From a virus (lineage: Duplodnaviria > Caudoviricetes), in IMG/VR virus record IMGVR_UViG_3300048080_000334, positions 1-48,797 of that record: 48,797 nt of DNA. The stretch is one strand, 5' to 3'. Positions 9,187 through 17,037 of the stretch are shown piece after piece. The first letter of the stretch is position 1; each line of letters opens with the position of its first letter. The position numbers and the translations under genes were made by a program. The notes under the pieces were generated by a model, which made no database searches, had not been told where the DNA came from, and worked only from the letters and a program-made list of their open reading frames with translations.

Positions 9187-9481
9187 GGCTCTCCTGATCG
9201 TTGCCAACGTCCACGACGTAGAGCTTCGGCTCATGTTGTACGAGCATTGACGCTAAGTGTCGGCGCTGTTCCGAGGTCAGAATGACGGTCCAGACTTCTT
9301 CCCTGGAATTGACGCGGTAATTCAACGTCAGGGATAGGTCTCCGTCCTTGTTCACCGTAGCCGTCAATACAGAAGCGAAGCCGTCAGGCTGCCCGAAGCC
9401 GCCGCTATAGCGCGCCTTTACCACTGGATCGTTTGTTCGTGGGTCCAAGCCTCTAGTGGACCGCTCATCGAGGGGGATCAT
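9170..9481 (-). CDS. Hypothetical protein (starts MIPLDER)
   Basis: 103-aa track ORF, ATGA coupling. Confidence 0.6.
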   Translation of the reverse strand: MIPLDERSTRGLDPRTNDPVVKARYSGGFGQPDGFASVLTATVNKDGDLSLTLNYRVNSREEVWTVILTSEQRRHLASMLVQHEPKLYVVDVGNDQESHDPPR

Positions 9482-9681
9482 CCTTTCTCCCTAGTGATAA
9501 CATCCCAACATGTTCCAGAGCAGACCCATTCCCCATTCGTCAACTCAACTCCATCTGGATGTGCCGGACAACAGTAGTCATCATCTACTGGTACGGTCCT
9601 CTCGCAGGTTTTAACCGAAGCGCCACAGACGCAGCAATTGACTACCAGAGCATCCGGTTGAACACAATCGAGGGGGATCAT
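9478..9681 (-). CDS. Cys-rich small protein (starts MIPLD)
   Basis: CCVC, CCP.H and CS..CW; ATGA coupling. Confidence 0.6.
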   Translation of the reverse strand: MIPLDCVQPDALVVNCCVCGASVKTCERTVPVDDDYCCPAHPDGVELTNGEWVCSGTCWDVITREKG

Positions 9682-9890
9682 GGCTTCATCACCGCTAGAA
9701 CTAGTCCCCTCGCAAGCATCAGCGCCTCGGCGCATCTCTCCTGCTCCTCCCTCGCAGCCTTGTCACGCATTGCCAGCGCCCACCGGGCAACGACAAGTGA
9801 CACGTTGGGAGTGTCGATCGCCTCTTCCGCTACTTCGAGAAGATTGCAATAGTCCTGCGCTACCTTCTGCTCCAGCTCCTCACGGGTCAT
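9678..9890 (-). CDS. Small hypothetical protein, paralogue of 9887-10150
   Basis: MTREELEQKVAQ...VARWALAMRD. Confidence 0.6.
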   Translation of the reverse strand: MTREELEQKVAQDYCNLLEVAEEAIDTPNVSLVVARWALAMRDKAAREEQERCAEALMLARGLVLAVMKP

Positions 9891-10150
9891 CCCTTCACGA
9901 TCCTTTCGAGCGCGGCGTCGTCCAAGCGAAGCTTGATGCCGGTAGCAGCTAGCGTGTTCCCCGAGTGTCCAGTAGCTTCCACCATGCACGCGGTCCTCAC
10001 CTTCCTCGCCGCCTCCATCACCGCCTCGTCTCGGATCGCCAGCGCCTCTCGGGCCACGGCGAGCCAAGACCAGGTGCCATCGCGCGGGGCAGTGCTTATG
10101 ATTTCCCACAGCCTCTCCGCCACCTGTTGGAGTTCTTCGTCTCGGGTCAT
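9887..10150 (-). CDS. Small hypothetical protein
   Basis: MTRDEELQQVAE...VAREALAIRD. Confidence 0.6.
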   Translation of the reverse strand: MTRDEELQQVAERLWEIISTAPRDGTWSWLAVAREALAIRDEAVMEAARKVRTACMVEATGHSGNTLAATGIKLRLDDAALERIVKG

Positions 10151-10443
10151 GGCCTATCCCCCAAACATGGGACGCGCTTTTCAGGCCAGCATCCCAATTC
10201 GTGACTGGCGCTACGGCACCCGCATCCTGGTATTGGTGTCGCCAAGTCTCGCAATTCATCAGCGAGGCGCGGTTTCATTTTGGAGCATGACGTGGCATAG
10301 GCGAGCAGGGCTGGCCGCGCATCTGGATCGTGATCGAGGTCGAGCACAAAGTACCGACAGTCCTCATGCTTCCCGCCCGGAGCGCTAGAGCCATCGGTTC
10401 TTGAGATATTGAACTTGTCATAAATGCCCCGTTCGTCGCTCAT
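10147..10443 (-). CDS. Conserved phage hypothetical protein
   Basis: GIYDKF...RTDG...GKHEDCRYFVLDLDHDP.A..AL.AYA, a motif I recognise from many phages; function unknown. Confidence 0.7.
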   Translation of the reverse strand: MSDERGIYDKFNISRTDGSSAPGGKHEDCRYFVLDLDHDPDARPALLAYATSCSKMKPRLADELRDLATPIPGCGCRSASHELGCWPEKRVPCLGDRP

Positions 10444-10814
10444 CAGATCAACCCCCCCCGCTTTGCCTCTCTCCGCCAACGGGTGATGGCTCGCTCGACC
10501 ACCGATGAAAGACCTTTGAGGTAACTTTCGTTTCGAAAGACCTTGCCGCTGCCGGAAGAGACGGTCAGCATTCCTTGCTCGTGAAAAAAGGCAGCGACTT
10601 CGCACAACAGCGTTCCCGCCAAGCAATCATCATCCTGACCTAGAGGAACGAGATCACCATCACTATCGGAAACGAACTTCGCTCCGTGCCGCTCCGCGAC
10701 ACACATCGCTGGTCATCTATGGATCTTCCCGTCTTTATCCTTGTATCCCCAACGATAACGGTTGAAGTCGTCCGCTTCGAGCATGGCGAGTGCGTCGGCT
10801 TTCGTGAGTGTCAT
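10443..10814 (-). pseudogene. Hypothetical gene interrupted by one in-frame TGA, or two tiny genes
   Basis: ATG 10814 MTLTKAD...KIHR, TGA at 10713-10715, then PAMCVAERHG... continues in the same frame to 10443. Confidence 0.45.
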
Positions 10815-11170
10815 GGCTTCTCCGTTCCGTTGTGCAGGATGCTGCGCCATACCTCGACCTTACGGCGGTGGTTGTAGGCCTGCGTCGATTTCACGATGCG
10901 TCCCGTGGCGACGATCCATCCGGCCAGTGCGGCATGGCGCGTTACGGCGCCCATGGCCCGGCGCTCAGGCGGACGTGGCCAACCGAGCGCATCGAGGCGG
11001 TACCAGACTTGATCGACGGTGAACTCCGCGTAGTGACGCGCGCACCAGAGGACGGCCGCGATCGCGGCGGCGAGCCAGTCCCCCGGCGCGTGCCGCTCGA
11101 CGCGCTCGATAGCTTCGCGCTTCGCCTCCTCCGAGCGCTGGATCTGCGAGAAGAGATCGTCCTGGTGCAT
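10811..11170 (-). CDS. Conserved phage protein (winged-helix-like)
   Basis: FTVDQVW...P.ERRAMGAV..AA..GWI..TG...S....H....VW.S pattern. Confidence 0.65.
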   Translation of the reverse strand: MHQDDLFSQIQRSEEAKREAIERVERHAPGDWLAAAIAAVLWCARHYAEFTVDQVWYRLDALGWPRPPERRAMGAVTRHAALAGWIVATGRIVKSTQAYNHRRKVEVWRSILHNGTEKP

Positions 11171-11187
11171 TGGAGCTTCGCTCTCCC

Positions 11188-11550
11188 CTAGTTGTCGCTC
11201 AGCCCATGCTCGGCCATTGCGCATTCGCGACACCACACGCGGCGAAGCGATCTATGCTTTTCGGTCGCACGGAGAAGTCCCCAGCGCTTATCGCTAAGGA
11301 CGTTTCCGCATTGATAGCAACGCATATCGGCTCTAAGACCGGCAACATTAGCATGAAGATGATCGGGTTGGCCATCCCTGGAGCATTGGATAGAGCATTC
11401 GATGCAGAGCGTGAGTCTTTCTTCCGTTTTTTCCAAGCCGGAAGGAACGAGAGCCGCATCCTCGTCGTCAGGAATAGTGCGGCCGCAAACAGCGCATTTG
11501 AGATCCTCAAGCGGTATCAGCGAATGCGCTGGGCGTTTACCGTTACTCAT
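11188..11550 (-). CDS. Zinc-finger protein (four CxxC pairs)
   Basis: CAVC, CIEC, CYQC and CREC. Confidence 0.65.
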   Translation of the reverse strand: MSNGKRPAHSLIPLEDLKCAVCGRTIPDDEDAALVPSGLEKTEERLTLCIECSIQCSRDGQPDHLHANVAGLRADMRCYQCGNVLSDKRWGLLRATEKHRSLRRVWCRECAMAEHGLSDN

Positions 11551-11750
11551 AGCTCGTCGAGCACACCGGGCAGGCGCGCCATCATCGCCAGCACGTGCTC
11601 GCGCTGGCAGTCGGCAATGAACATCGCGGTATCGGCCTTGCGAAAGATGGCGATCATGTAGGCACAGTTCTCCGGCAGCACAACGCGAACGTGCGCGTTC
11701 ACGGCCTTCATCACCTTCTCGGCCTCGTCCCTGTCGATCGATGGTTTCAT
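11547..11750 (-). CDS. Small hypothetical protein
   Basis: MKPSIDRDEAEK..., ATGA coupling. Confidence 0.6.
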   Translation of the reverse strand: MKPSIDRDEAEKVMKAVNAHVRVVLPENCAYMIAIFRKADTAMFIADCQREHVLAMMARLPGVLDEL

Positions 11751-12187
11751 GGATTTGGTTTGCTTCGTTCGATTACGACGGGAATACCGCCATGCTCGCA
11801 CGTCCAGCCGGCCGCAGTGATCGGAGCCCTGCAGAGCGCGCAGCGCATCACATCATCTTCCATAGTCAGTCCGATGTCTTTCTGCTCGACAAACGGCGGA
11901 TTCGATTTGCTTTCCATGACTGGCTCCTCCGCGGCCGCTTCAATCGCCATCTCGTCCTGCGTTTTCCAGAGCCGGATAGCCAGCTCTTCGGCTAGGACGC
12001 ACCATTCTCTGCGCGAGAGCGTAATGCCCCTTGGCCACTCGCCGCTGTTCGTATCGATGCTCACGTGGACGGACGGCACCCCGTCCGGCTCGCACTCGCT
12101 CACCTCCAGCCAGCGATCGAGCCCCTTTGTCGATTCGGGGTTGATCTGAATGCGCGGCTCGTGTTCCTTCGTCTCTTCGGTTTCCAT
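11747..12187 (-). CDS. Hypothetical protein
   Basis: METEETKE... with a GGAGG RBS. Confidence 0.6.
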   Translation of the reverse strand: METEETKEHEPRIQINPESTKGLDRWLEVSECEPDGVPSVHVSIDTNSGEWPRGITLSRREWCVLAEELAIRLWKTQDEMAIEAAAEEPVMESKSNPPFVEQKDIGLTMEDDVMRCALCRAPITAAGWTCEHGGIPVVIERSKPNP

Positions 12188-12189
12188 CG

Positions 12190-12432
12190 TCACACCTCCA
12201 ACACTCCGGCCTTTTCCAGCTGCTTGCGGCAGTACTTCACCTGGAGATCGAGGAGCACGCCAAGAGCGGGCCCCGCCTGGCGCCAGTCCTCGGCCCGGAG
12301 GAGCTTGCGCGCGGCCCATACCTTGCCCGCCGAGTTGATGTAGCGCAGCTCGACGGTCAGGGAGTCGCGCAACTCCGCCGGGATCTCGGGCGCGGCTTCT
12401 GGTTTGCGTTCTATTTCTTGCTCATCGCTCAT
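12190..12432 (-). CDS. Hypothetical protein
   Basis: 80 aa, coupled to its neighbours. Confidence 0.65.
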   Translation of the reverse strand: MSDEQEIERKPEAAPEIPAELRDSLTVELRYINSAGKVWAARKLLRAEDWRQAGPALGVLLDLQVKYCRKQLEKAGVLEV

Positions 12433-12659
12433 GGTGTCCTCGATTCAATCTCCGCCAGATCATTCGCAAGGGATCTCACCAGAACATTCGCCCCTCGGCG
12501 GATCCTTTCCGACCAGTCCATCCAGAATCTTGCGCGCTCGGCATTGCCCTTGCCCAAGGACTCCTCGGCATAGCCGACGCAATCGCTCGCCAGCCCGGCC
12601 GCCTCGGCGGCGAGCGCCCACGATTCCTGGATGCAAGAGCGTCGCAAGTCCTCGAACAT
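12429..12659 (-). CDS. Hypothetical protein
   Basis: MFEDLRRSC... with a GGAGG RBS; overlaps the helicase stop. Confidence 0.6.
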   Translation of the reverse strand: MFEDLRRSCIQESWALAAEAAGLASDCVGYAEESLGKGNAERARFWMDWSERIRRGANVLVRSLANDLAEIESRTP

Positions 12660-14011
12660 CAATCCGCCTCCTTCGTGCGATAGACCGCGATCTTGCTTCC
12701 GCCTACGGTACGGGACTCGACAGCGAGAAGCGCGCGCTTGGCCGCATCCGTGAGCCACCCCCTGGCCTGCTCGTGCTTGATTCCCAGCTTCTCAGCTACG
12801 GCCGATGCGGTCGTCTGACCAGCACCGATTTCGGCAACTGCCGCTACAACGCGTTGGATTCCCTCCTCTCGTCGGATCTTGCGGTCCATGTTGATTGCCT
12901 TGAGATCGCGCGAGAAAACGAACTTCGCCGAGGCGCCATCGCCGGGCTCGGGATTGATCCCGACCACGAGATCCCGCCAGGCGTTGCCTTCGAGGATGCG
13001 CGACTTACGGATCACGAATCGCAGCTCGTGCTCGCCGAGCCGAGCCGAGGCGAACATAACATCGGCCGCGCCGCGAAGCACCGAACTCCCGCGAACGTTA
13101 TCGGGATCGGTCGCATCGAATGGCACGCTGGTCGAGGCGGGGGGCTTCCGCGTGTGCGCGATCAAGAGCACCGTCGCCCCCGACTCCCGAATCTCCCGCG
13201 ACCAGTCGACAACGAGTGAAGCATCGCGCTCGGTGTTGATCGAGATCCCGCGTACCGACTCCGCCAGCGTATCGACGATGACGAGCGCGATCTGTTCCGA
13301 GGCAACATAGCCCGCAAGTTTGCGGCGAGCCGCATGGTCGGAAAGAAGCAACGGGCCCGAGCGATCCGACGGTCGAACGTCGAGCCCCGGCCATCCGTCC
13401 ATGCCCCTGAATGCCGCGAGATGCAGGAGCCGCTTTTTGAGCCTCCAGGTCGAGTCCTCGGCCGCGAGGTAGAGAACGAGCTCGGGGCCACCCGACCAGC
13501 CTGGGGGATCCCCTTGAGCCGTGAGCCCCGGTGGAAGAAAGCTGGCGCCGCTTGAAAGCGCGAGTCCGAGATCGAGAGCAAGGAACGATTTCCAGGCTCC
13601 ACTTTCGCCGTAGAGAATCGCAAGCGCGGGCTCACGCGGGAGGAGATCGCGGACAAGCCATCCCGGGTCCGAGATCCCGCTCCATCCCCCGTTGCCGCCG
13701 TGAAGAATCGCCCCGGGGGTGAGACTCGCCGGAACCGGATCGAGTACCCGATCGACGTAGGCCAGGAAGTCCTCGGGGCTCATGGCGCCTCGCCGCCTGA
13801 GCGAGGCCGCGGTACGGAGCTGCCGAAAGGCGGCGAGTTCGAGATCCTCTGGTTTCATGGCTAGCCCAAACGCCATAGAGGCCCCAGGAGCGACGTTTCC
13901 GAACGAGCCCAGCCAATGGCTTTCGGGCAGCGATTGATTGGCCTTGGCGGCCCCAGGATTGCCTTGAGTAAGCCCCCACGACTCATATCCACAGGCTTCA
14001 TTCCTCGTCAT
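12659..14011 (-). CDS. RepA/AAA_25-type (RecA-like SF4) replicative helicase with C-terminal HTH
   Basis: LYGESGAWKS Walker A, YLAAED, LVIVDTL Walker B, LIAHTRK and RGSS. Confidence 0.85.
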   Translation of the reverse strand: MTRNEACGYESWGLTQGNPGAAKANQSLPESHWLGSFGNVAPGASMAFGLAMKPEDLELAAFRQLRTAASLRRRGAMSPEDFLAYVDRVLDPVPASLTPGAILHGGNGGWSGISDPGWLVRDLLPREPALAILYGESGAWKSFLALDLGLALSSGASFLPPGLTAQGDPPGWSGGPELVLYLAAEDSTWRLKKRLLHLAAFRGMDGWPGLDVRPSDRSGPLLLSDHAARRKLAGYVASEQIALVIVDTLAESVRGISINTERDASLVVDWSREIRESGATVLLIAHTRKPPASTSVPFDATDPDNVRGSSVLRGAADVMFASARLGEHELRFVIRKSRILEGNAWRDLVVGINPEPGDGASAKFVFSRDLKAINMDRKIRREEGIQRVVAAVAEIGAGQTTASAVAEKLGIKHEQARGWLTDAAKRALLAVESRTVGGSKIAVYRTKEAD

Positions 14012-15101
14012 CCCCGAAGCCCGGTGGTGAAGTCTTCCACTGGCCGGCGTTGAGGAACGTGGCCGGGTACTCGATCGCCGCCTCGGGCCGAGCGCCGCCA
14101 TTCGCCTTGAGCCAGCCCTTCGAGCCCCAGAACGCCGCCCACTCGCACACCCCGACGAAGATCCGCTGCGAGATCCGACCGATGAGCTCAGGGGTGGTTT
14201 TCTCCCCCTCGTCTTTCGCCGCCTTCCGAACCGTCGCCGCGAAAGCCCGCTCGGCGGCGTCGGGTTTTACCTTTCGGGGGTACTCGACGTAAAACAGATC
14301 GAAGCCAGAACGAAGGGCGGACGCCTCCTCGGCGGTAGGCCGAGAAGACCGACTGGACCCACGGCCGATTTGCTGCTTTTGGCAAATCGGCAAAGGATCG
14401 GGCTTTTCTTGGGTGGGGTTTCTTTCTTGGGAGGGTCTTCTTTCTTCTTCTGTATCTGCAGATGAAGATGCAGATGAAGAGCTTGCCTTTTGCTTGGCGT
14501 TTGCTTGAAACTCTCGACGTAGTTCTGCGGACTTACGGCCACCCTGTACTCCGGCAATTGAACGGTGCAGGGCCAGGGTTTCGATACGCTGCAGGTCGTC
14601 GAACATGCGTGGTTGGACGAGGCGACCGGGCTGTGAAGGGTGGGGTTGGAAGACAGTCGAAAGGGGCCATTTCCAGACGGCGCGGAAGGCTGCCGTATGG
14701 CCGTAGAGGCGAATCAGCCGGGCGATCCTATCGGTCTCCGCCGGGATCGAGCCTTCTCGTGAATGGATTATGAGTAGGAGGGTGTAGGCCCCGAGCTGGG
14801 CCAGGGTCATGCCGATTACGGCCTCGTCGGCCAGGTAGTCGGCACCGTAGAGAAGGAAAGCCGGGCGCTTGCCGGTGCGTGGGGGGGGAGGAAGTAGACC
14901 TTGACCGTTGCCGCCGTTGTCGCTAAGATCCGCCAATGCAGGAACCTCCGCGTAGGTTCTTCGGCCCCGCTTGGCGATCAGCTGGCGGGGCCTTTCCTTT
15001 CTATCCTCAGGGTCGGAATCGCATTCTACCCCAACCCACCGCATCCAGAATCCGCACATTATGCTCTCCATACAAAGATGCAAGCCCGCGAAATCGTTCA
15101 T
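13998..15101 (-). CDS. Phage replication initiator (DUF1376/YdaU-like N-domain)
   Basis: PAFLLYGADYLAD...MTLAQLGAY.LLL; C-terminal FDLFYVEYPRKVK..A.RAF...YPATFLN. Start is uncertain. Confidence 0.8.
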   Translation of the reverse strand: MNDFAGLHLCMESIMCGFWMRWVGVECDSDPEDRKERPRQLIAKRGRRTYAEVPALADLSDNGGNGQGLLPPPPRTGKRPAFLLYGADYLADEAVIGMTLAQLGAYTLLLIIHSREGSIPAETDRIARLIRLYGHTAAFRAVWKWPLSTVFQPHPSQPGRLVQPRMFDDLQRIETLALHRSIAGVQGGRKSAELRREFQANAKQKASSSSASSSADTEEERRPSQERNPTQEKPDPLPICQKQQIGRGSSRSSRPTAEEASALRSGFDLFYVEYPRKVKPDAAERAFAATVRKAAKDEGEKTTPELIGRISQRIFVGVCEWAAFWGSKGWLKANGGARPEAAIEYPATFLNAGQWKTSPPGFGDDEE

Positions 15102-15667
15102 ACGCGCTCGGCCTTGTTGATGGCAATCTGGTCGAAGGTACCGAAAAGCCACGCGTGAACGTAGGTGCATTCTCCAGCCCCAGCGTCGTAGCGCTTCGAG
15201 ATTTGCCACCCCACGATCTGCGCGTCGTCGTGCCACCAGACGCCGGTTCCCGCGTCGCCAACGGCGCGCGCGAGCTTGTCGCAATCGGGCGCGGTTGGTG
15301 GTGCCGAGGGGGCCGACGGCTTCAACTTGCGCGCGTTCTTCCCAGAGCCGTAATGAGAGCGTGGCCGACGAAAGACGAACGCGGCATGGACGACCACGGG
15401 GACGCCGCGCATCCAAAATGGTAGCGCCCAGTCGCCGCTCGCCCCCTCGGGGAATCCATGCTGCTCAAGGCTCTCGCGCATCGTCGCTCGCATGGCGGCG
15501 CGGTACTTCCTGAACTCACTGCCACCCGATTCGATGAGGAGCGGCCGGCCGCCGCTTCGCCCCGGGAGGACGCGCTTCGATCCCTGCGGCATCGGGCGTC
15601 CTGGAAGAGCGATGCGAAGCACCGAATCGCGCATATCCTGACGGACAAGAGCATCGGGGAAAGTCAC
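15098..15667 (-). CDS. rusA: RusA-family Holliday junction resolvase
   Basis: PMPQGSKR...FRRP...PDCDKLARAVGDA...WHDDAQIV. Confidence 0.88.
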   Translation of the reverse strand: MTFPDALVRQDMRDSVLRIALPGRPMPQGSKRVLPGRSGGRPLLIESGGSEFRKYRAAMRATMRESLEQHGFPEGASGDWALPFWMRGVPVVVHAAFVFRRPRSHYGSGKNARKLKPSAPSAPPTAPDCDKLARAVGDAGTGVWWHDDAQIVGWQISKRYDAGAGECTYVHAWLFGTFDQIAINKAERV

Positions 15668-15831
15668 GGCCGGTCGCGCTCCTCGTTGATCTCGGAGCCG
15701 ATGCGTCTGACCCGCTTTGCGCTCGGGGGTGCTGGAACGATCCTGCGCACGATCGACTTCGCGCAGAGAACTGACAGCCCGGCGAGAACGACAACCGCGA
15801 ATAACACCAAGAGAATCACCGTTATGCTCAC
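15664..15831 (-). CDS. Small single-pass membrane protein
   Basis: VSITVILLVLFAVVVLAGLSVLC; GGAGG RBS; below the track length cutoff. Confidence 0.55.
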   Translation of the reverse strand: MSITVILLVLFAVVVLAGLSVLCAKSIVRRIVPAPPSAKRVRRIGSEINEERDRP

Positions 15832-15851
15832 GATTCGCCCTCCATGTTGGA

Positions 15852-16145
15852 TTAATGCGGCAGCAGAGTATCGCGGAGCGGAATGGCCGCCATCGCGGTG
15901 CCCCGGAGAACCGCCTGGGTGTAGATCACGACGCCGGCCTCTTTATCGACCCATCGATAAATGCTCGTCCCGAATTCACCATGAACAACCTCGACTACAT
16001 CTTGGCTCAACTCATGAGGCCGGATCTTGGCGGGCTCGCATCCGGTATTCATCGGGCCGAGAATGGCGAACATTCCCAAGAGAACGAACATGAATAACCA
16101 AGGGACGGCGCTAAAGATGCGCTCTCCGACGTTCATGGTGGTCAC
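15852..16145 (-). CDS. Exported or lipoprotein-like small protein
   Basis: Hydrophobic N-terminus ending NTGC; WVDKEAGVVIY motif. Confidence 0.55.
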   Translation of the reverse strand: MTTMNVGERIFSAVPWLFMFVLLGMFAILGPMNTGCEPAKIRPHELSQDVVEVVHGEFGTSIYRWVDKEAGVVIYTQAVLRGTAMAAIPLRDTLLPH

Positions 16146-16182
16146 TTCTTACTCCGTATCTTTGTTTGTTCGGCTCCATAAT

Positions 16183-16260
16183 AAAAACGGGCGGGCCCGT
16201 TGCGGGGGAGCAACCGATGAAAGAAGCAACCCCGCGGGGTAGGCCCGCCCGCCAATCTCC
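16183..16260 (-). ncRNA. Putative antisense small RNA (hairpin with anti-RBS loop) ending in an intrinsic terminator
   Basis: 10-bp perfect stem CGGGCGGGCC/GGCCCGCCCG, inner GCGGGG/CCCCGC stem, loop UUCUUUCAUCGGUU and a UUUUU tail; lies in an otherwise empty intergenic gap. Confidence 0.6.
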
Positions 16261-16265
16261 AGGGC

Positions 16266-16274
16266 ATCATATCA
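16266..16274 (-). promoter_or_regulatory. Extended -10 promoter (TGaTATGAT) for the putative sRNA
   Basis: Matches TGnTATRAT about 6 nt upstream of GGAG at 16260; no good -35. Confidence 0.5.
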
Positions 16275-16294
16275 TCACGCGCCCGGGAATGGGG

Positions 16295-16549
16295 CTACTT
16301 GCCCGCGATCGCCTTGAGCTTGGCCACAACGCCCTGTGCCGCCTTCTCGGCCTTCCATACCCACTGGCCCATGCGGCCCCCCATGCCGTCGTCGTAGCAC
16401 CAGTTCGCAGGCTCCCCGTGATCCGGGTTGCACTCGTCGAATTGCTGCGCCCAGCGCGTGACGCACGGGCGAGCGTCGGCTGACGTCGCGGCGACGATCG
16501 TCGAGAGCACGGCCCCCACGATCAGAATCAGGACAATGGAAAGTTTCAT
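16295..16549 (-). CDS. Small secreted protein
   Basis: Signal peptide MKLSIVLILIVGAVLSTIVAATSADA. Confidence 0.65.
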   Translation of the reverse strand: MKLSIVLILIVGAVLSTIVAATSADARPCVTRWAQQFDECNPDHGEPANWCYDDGMGGRMGQWVWKAEKAAQGVVAKLKAIAGK

Positions 16550-17022
16550 GGCTCGATCCTCCTCAGAACAACAACACGGCCACCGAACACGGCAAGCCCA
16601 AGCGAATCGGACGAGGCATCGGCCAAGCGCACCAGGTAGTAGGTGAGCTCACCGATCCCCTGCTCCGTCCCCTCGGCTCCCATGAGACATGCGACGCGCC
16701 ATCCTGTGGGCCACCCAACTGTCCGCACTTGGGCCGCGGCACTATCCGGCGCGTCGCAAAGATAGACCGTGGCCCCTCGCGGCACCGACTTACCGCAATC
16801 AAGCTCAAGCCATTCGCGGAACCGCACCTGTGCCCGGTCCTCGCCCATCGGCTTGAAGCCGTACTGGCGGGCGAGCGCCTTCGGCATCGAGCTGTAAGCG
16901 CGCCACCCGGGCGGGCCCTCCAGCACTTCGGCCCGGCAGTACGCGGCGAGAATCATCAGTCCGACGAGGATGGAGAGCACCACCACGAGCATCCATCCCA
17001 CGCGATTGACGAATCGGCTCAT
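16546..17022 (-). CDS. Secreted or membrane hypothetical protein
   Basis: N-terminal hydrophobic helix; GGAGG RBS. Confidence 0.65.
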   Translation of the reverse strand: MSRFVNRVGWMLVVVLSILVGLMILAAYCRAEVLEGPPGWRAYSSMPKALARQYGFKPMGEDRAQVRFREWLELDCGKSVPRGATVYLCDAPDSAAAQVRTVGWPTGWRVACLMGAEGTEQGIGELTYYLVRLADASSDSLGLAVFGGRVVVLRRIEP

Positions 17023-17037
17023 GTCATACGACCTCCA

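Noticed and set aside
10501-10512. 12-nt match ACCGATGAAAGA to the sRNA region
   Set aside because: On the non-coding strand of a minus-strand gene, so not an mRNA target; probably chance.
16183-16260. tRNA
   Set aside because: tRNA-sized but has no T-loop GTTC, D-loop or acceptor/CCA arrangement.
16166-16483. + strand ORF starting within the hairpin (MKEATPRG...)
   Set aside because: Antisense to a clear signal-peptide gene, start buried in a strong stem, and isolated against operon direction.
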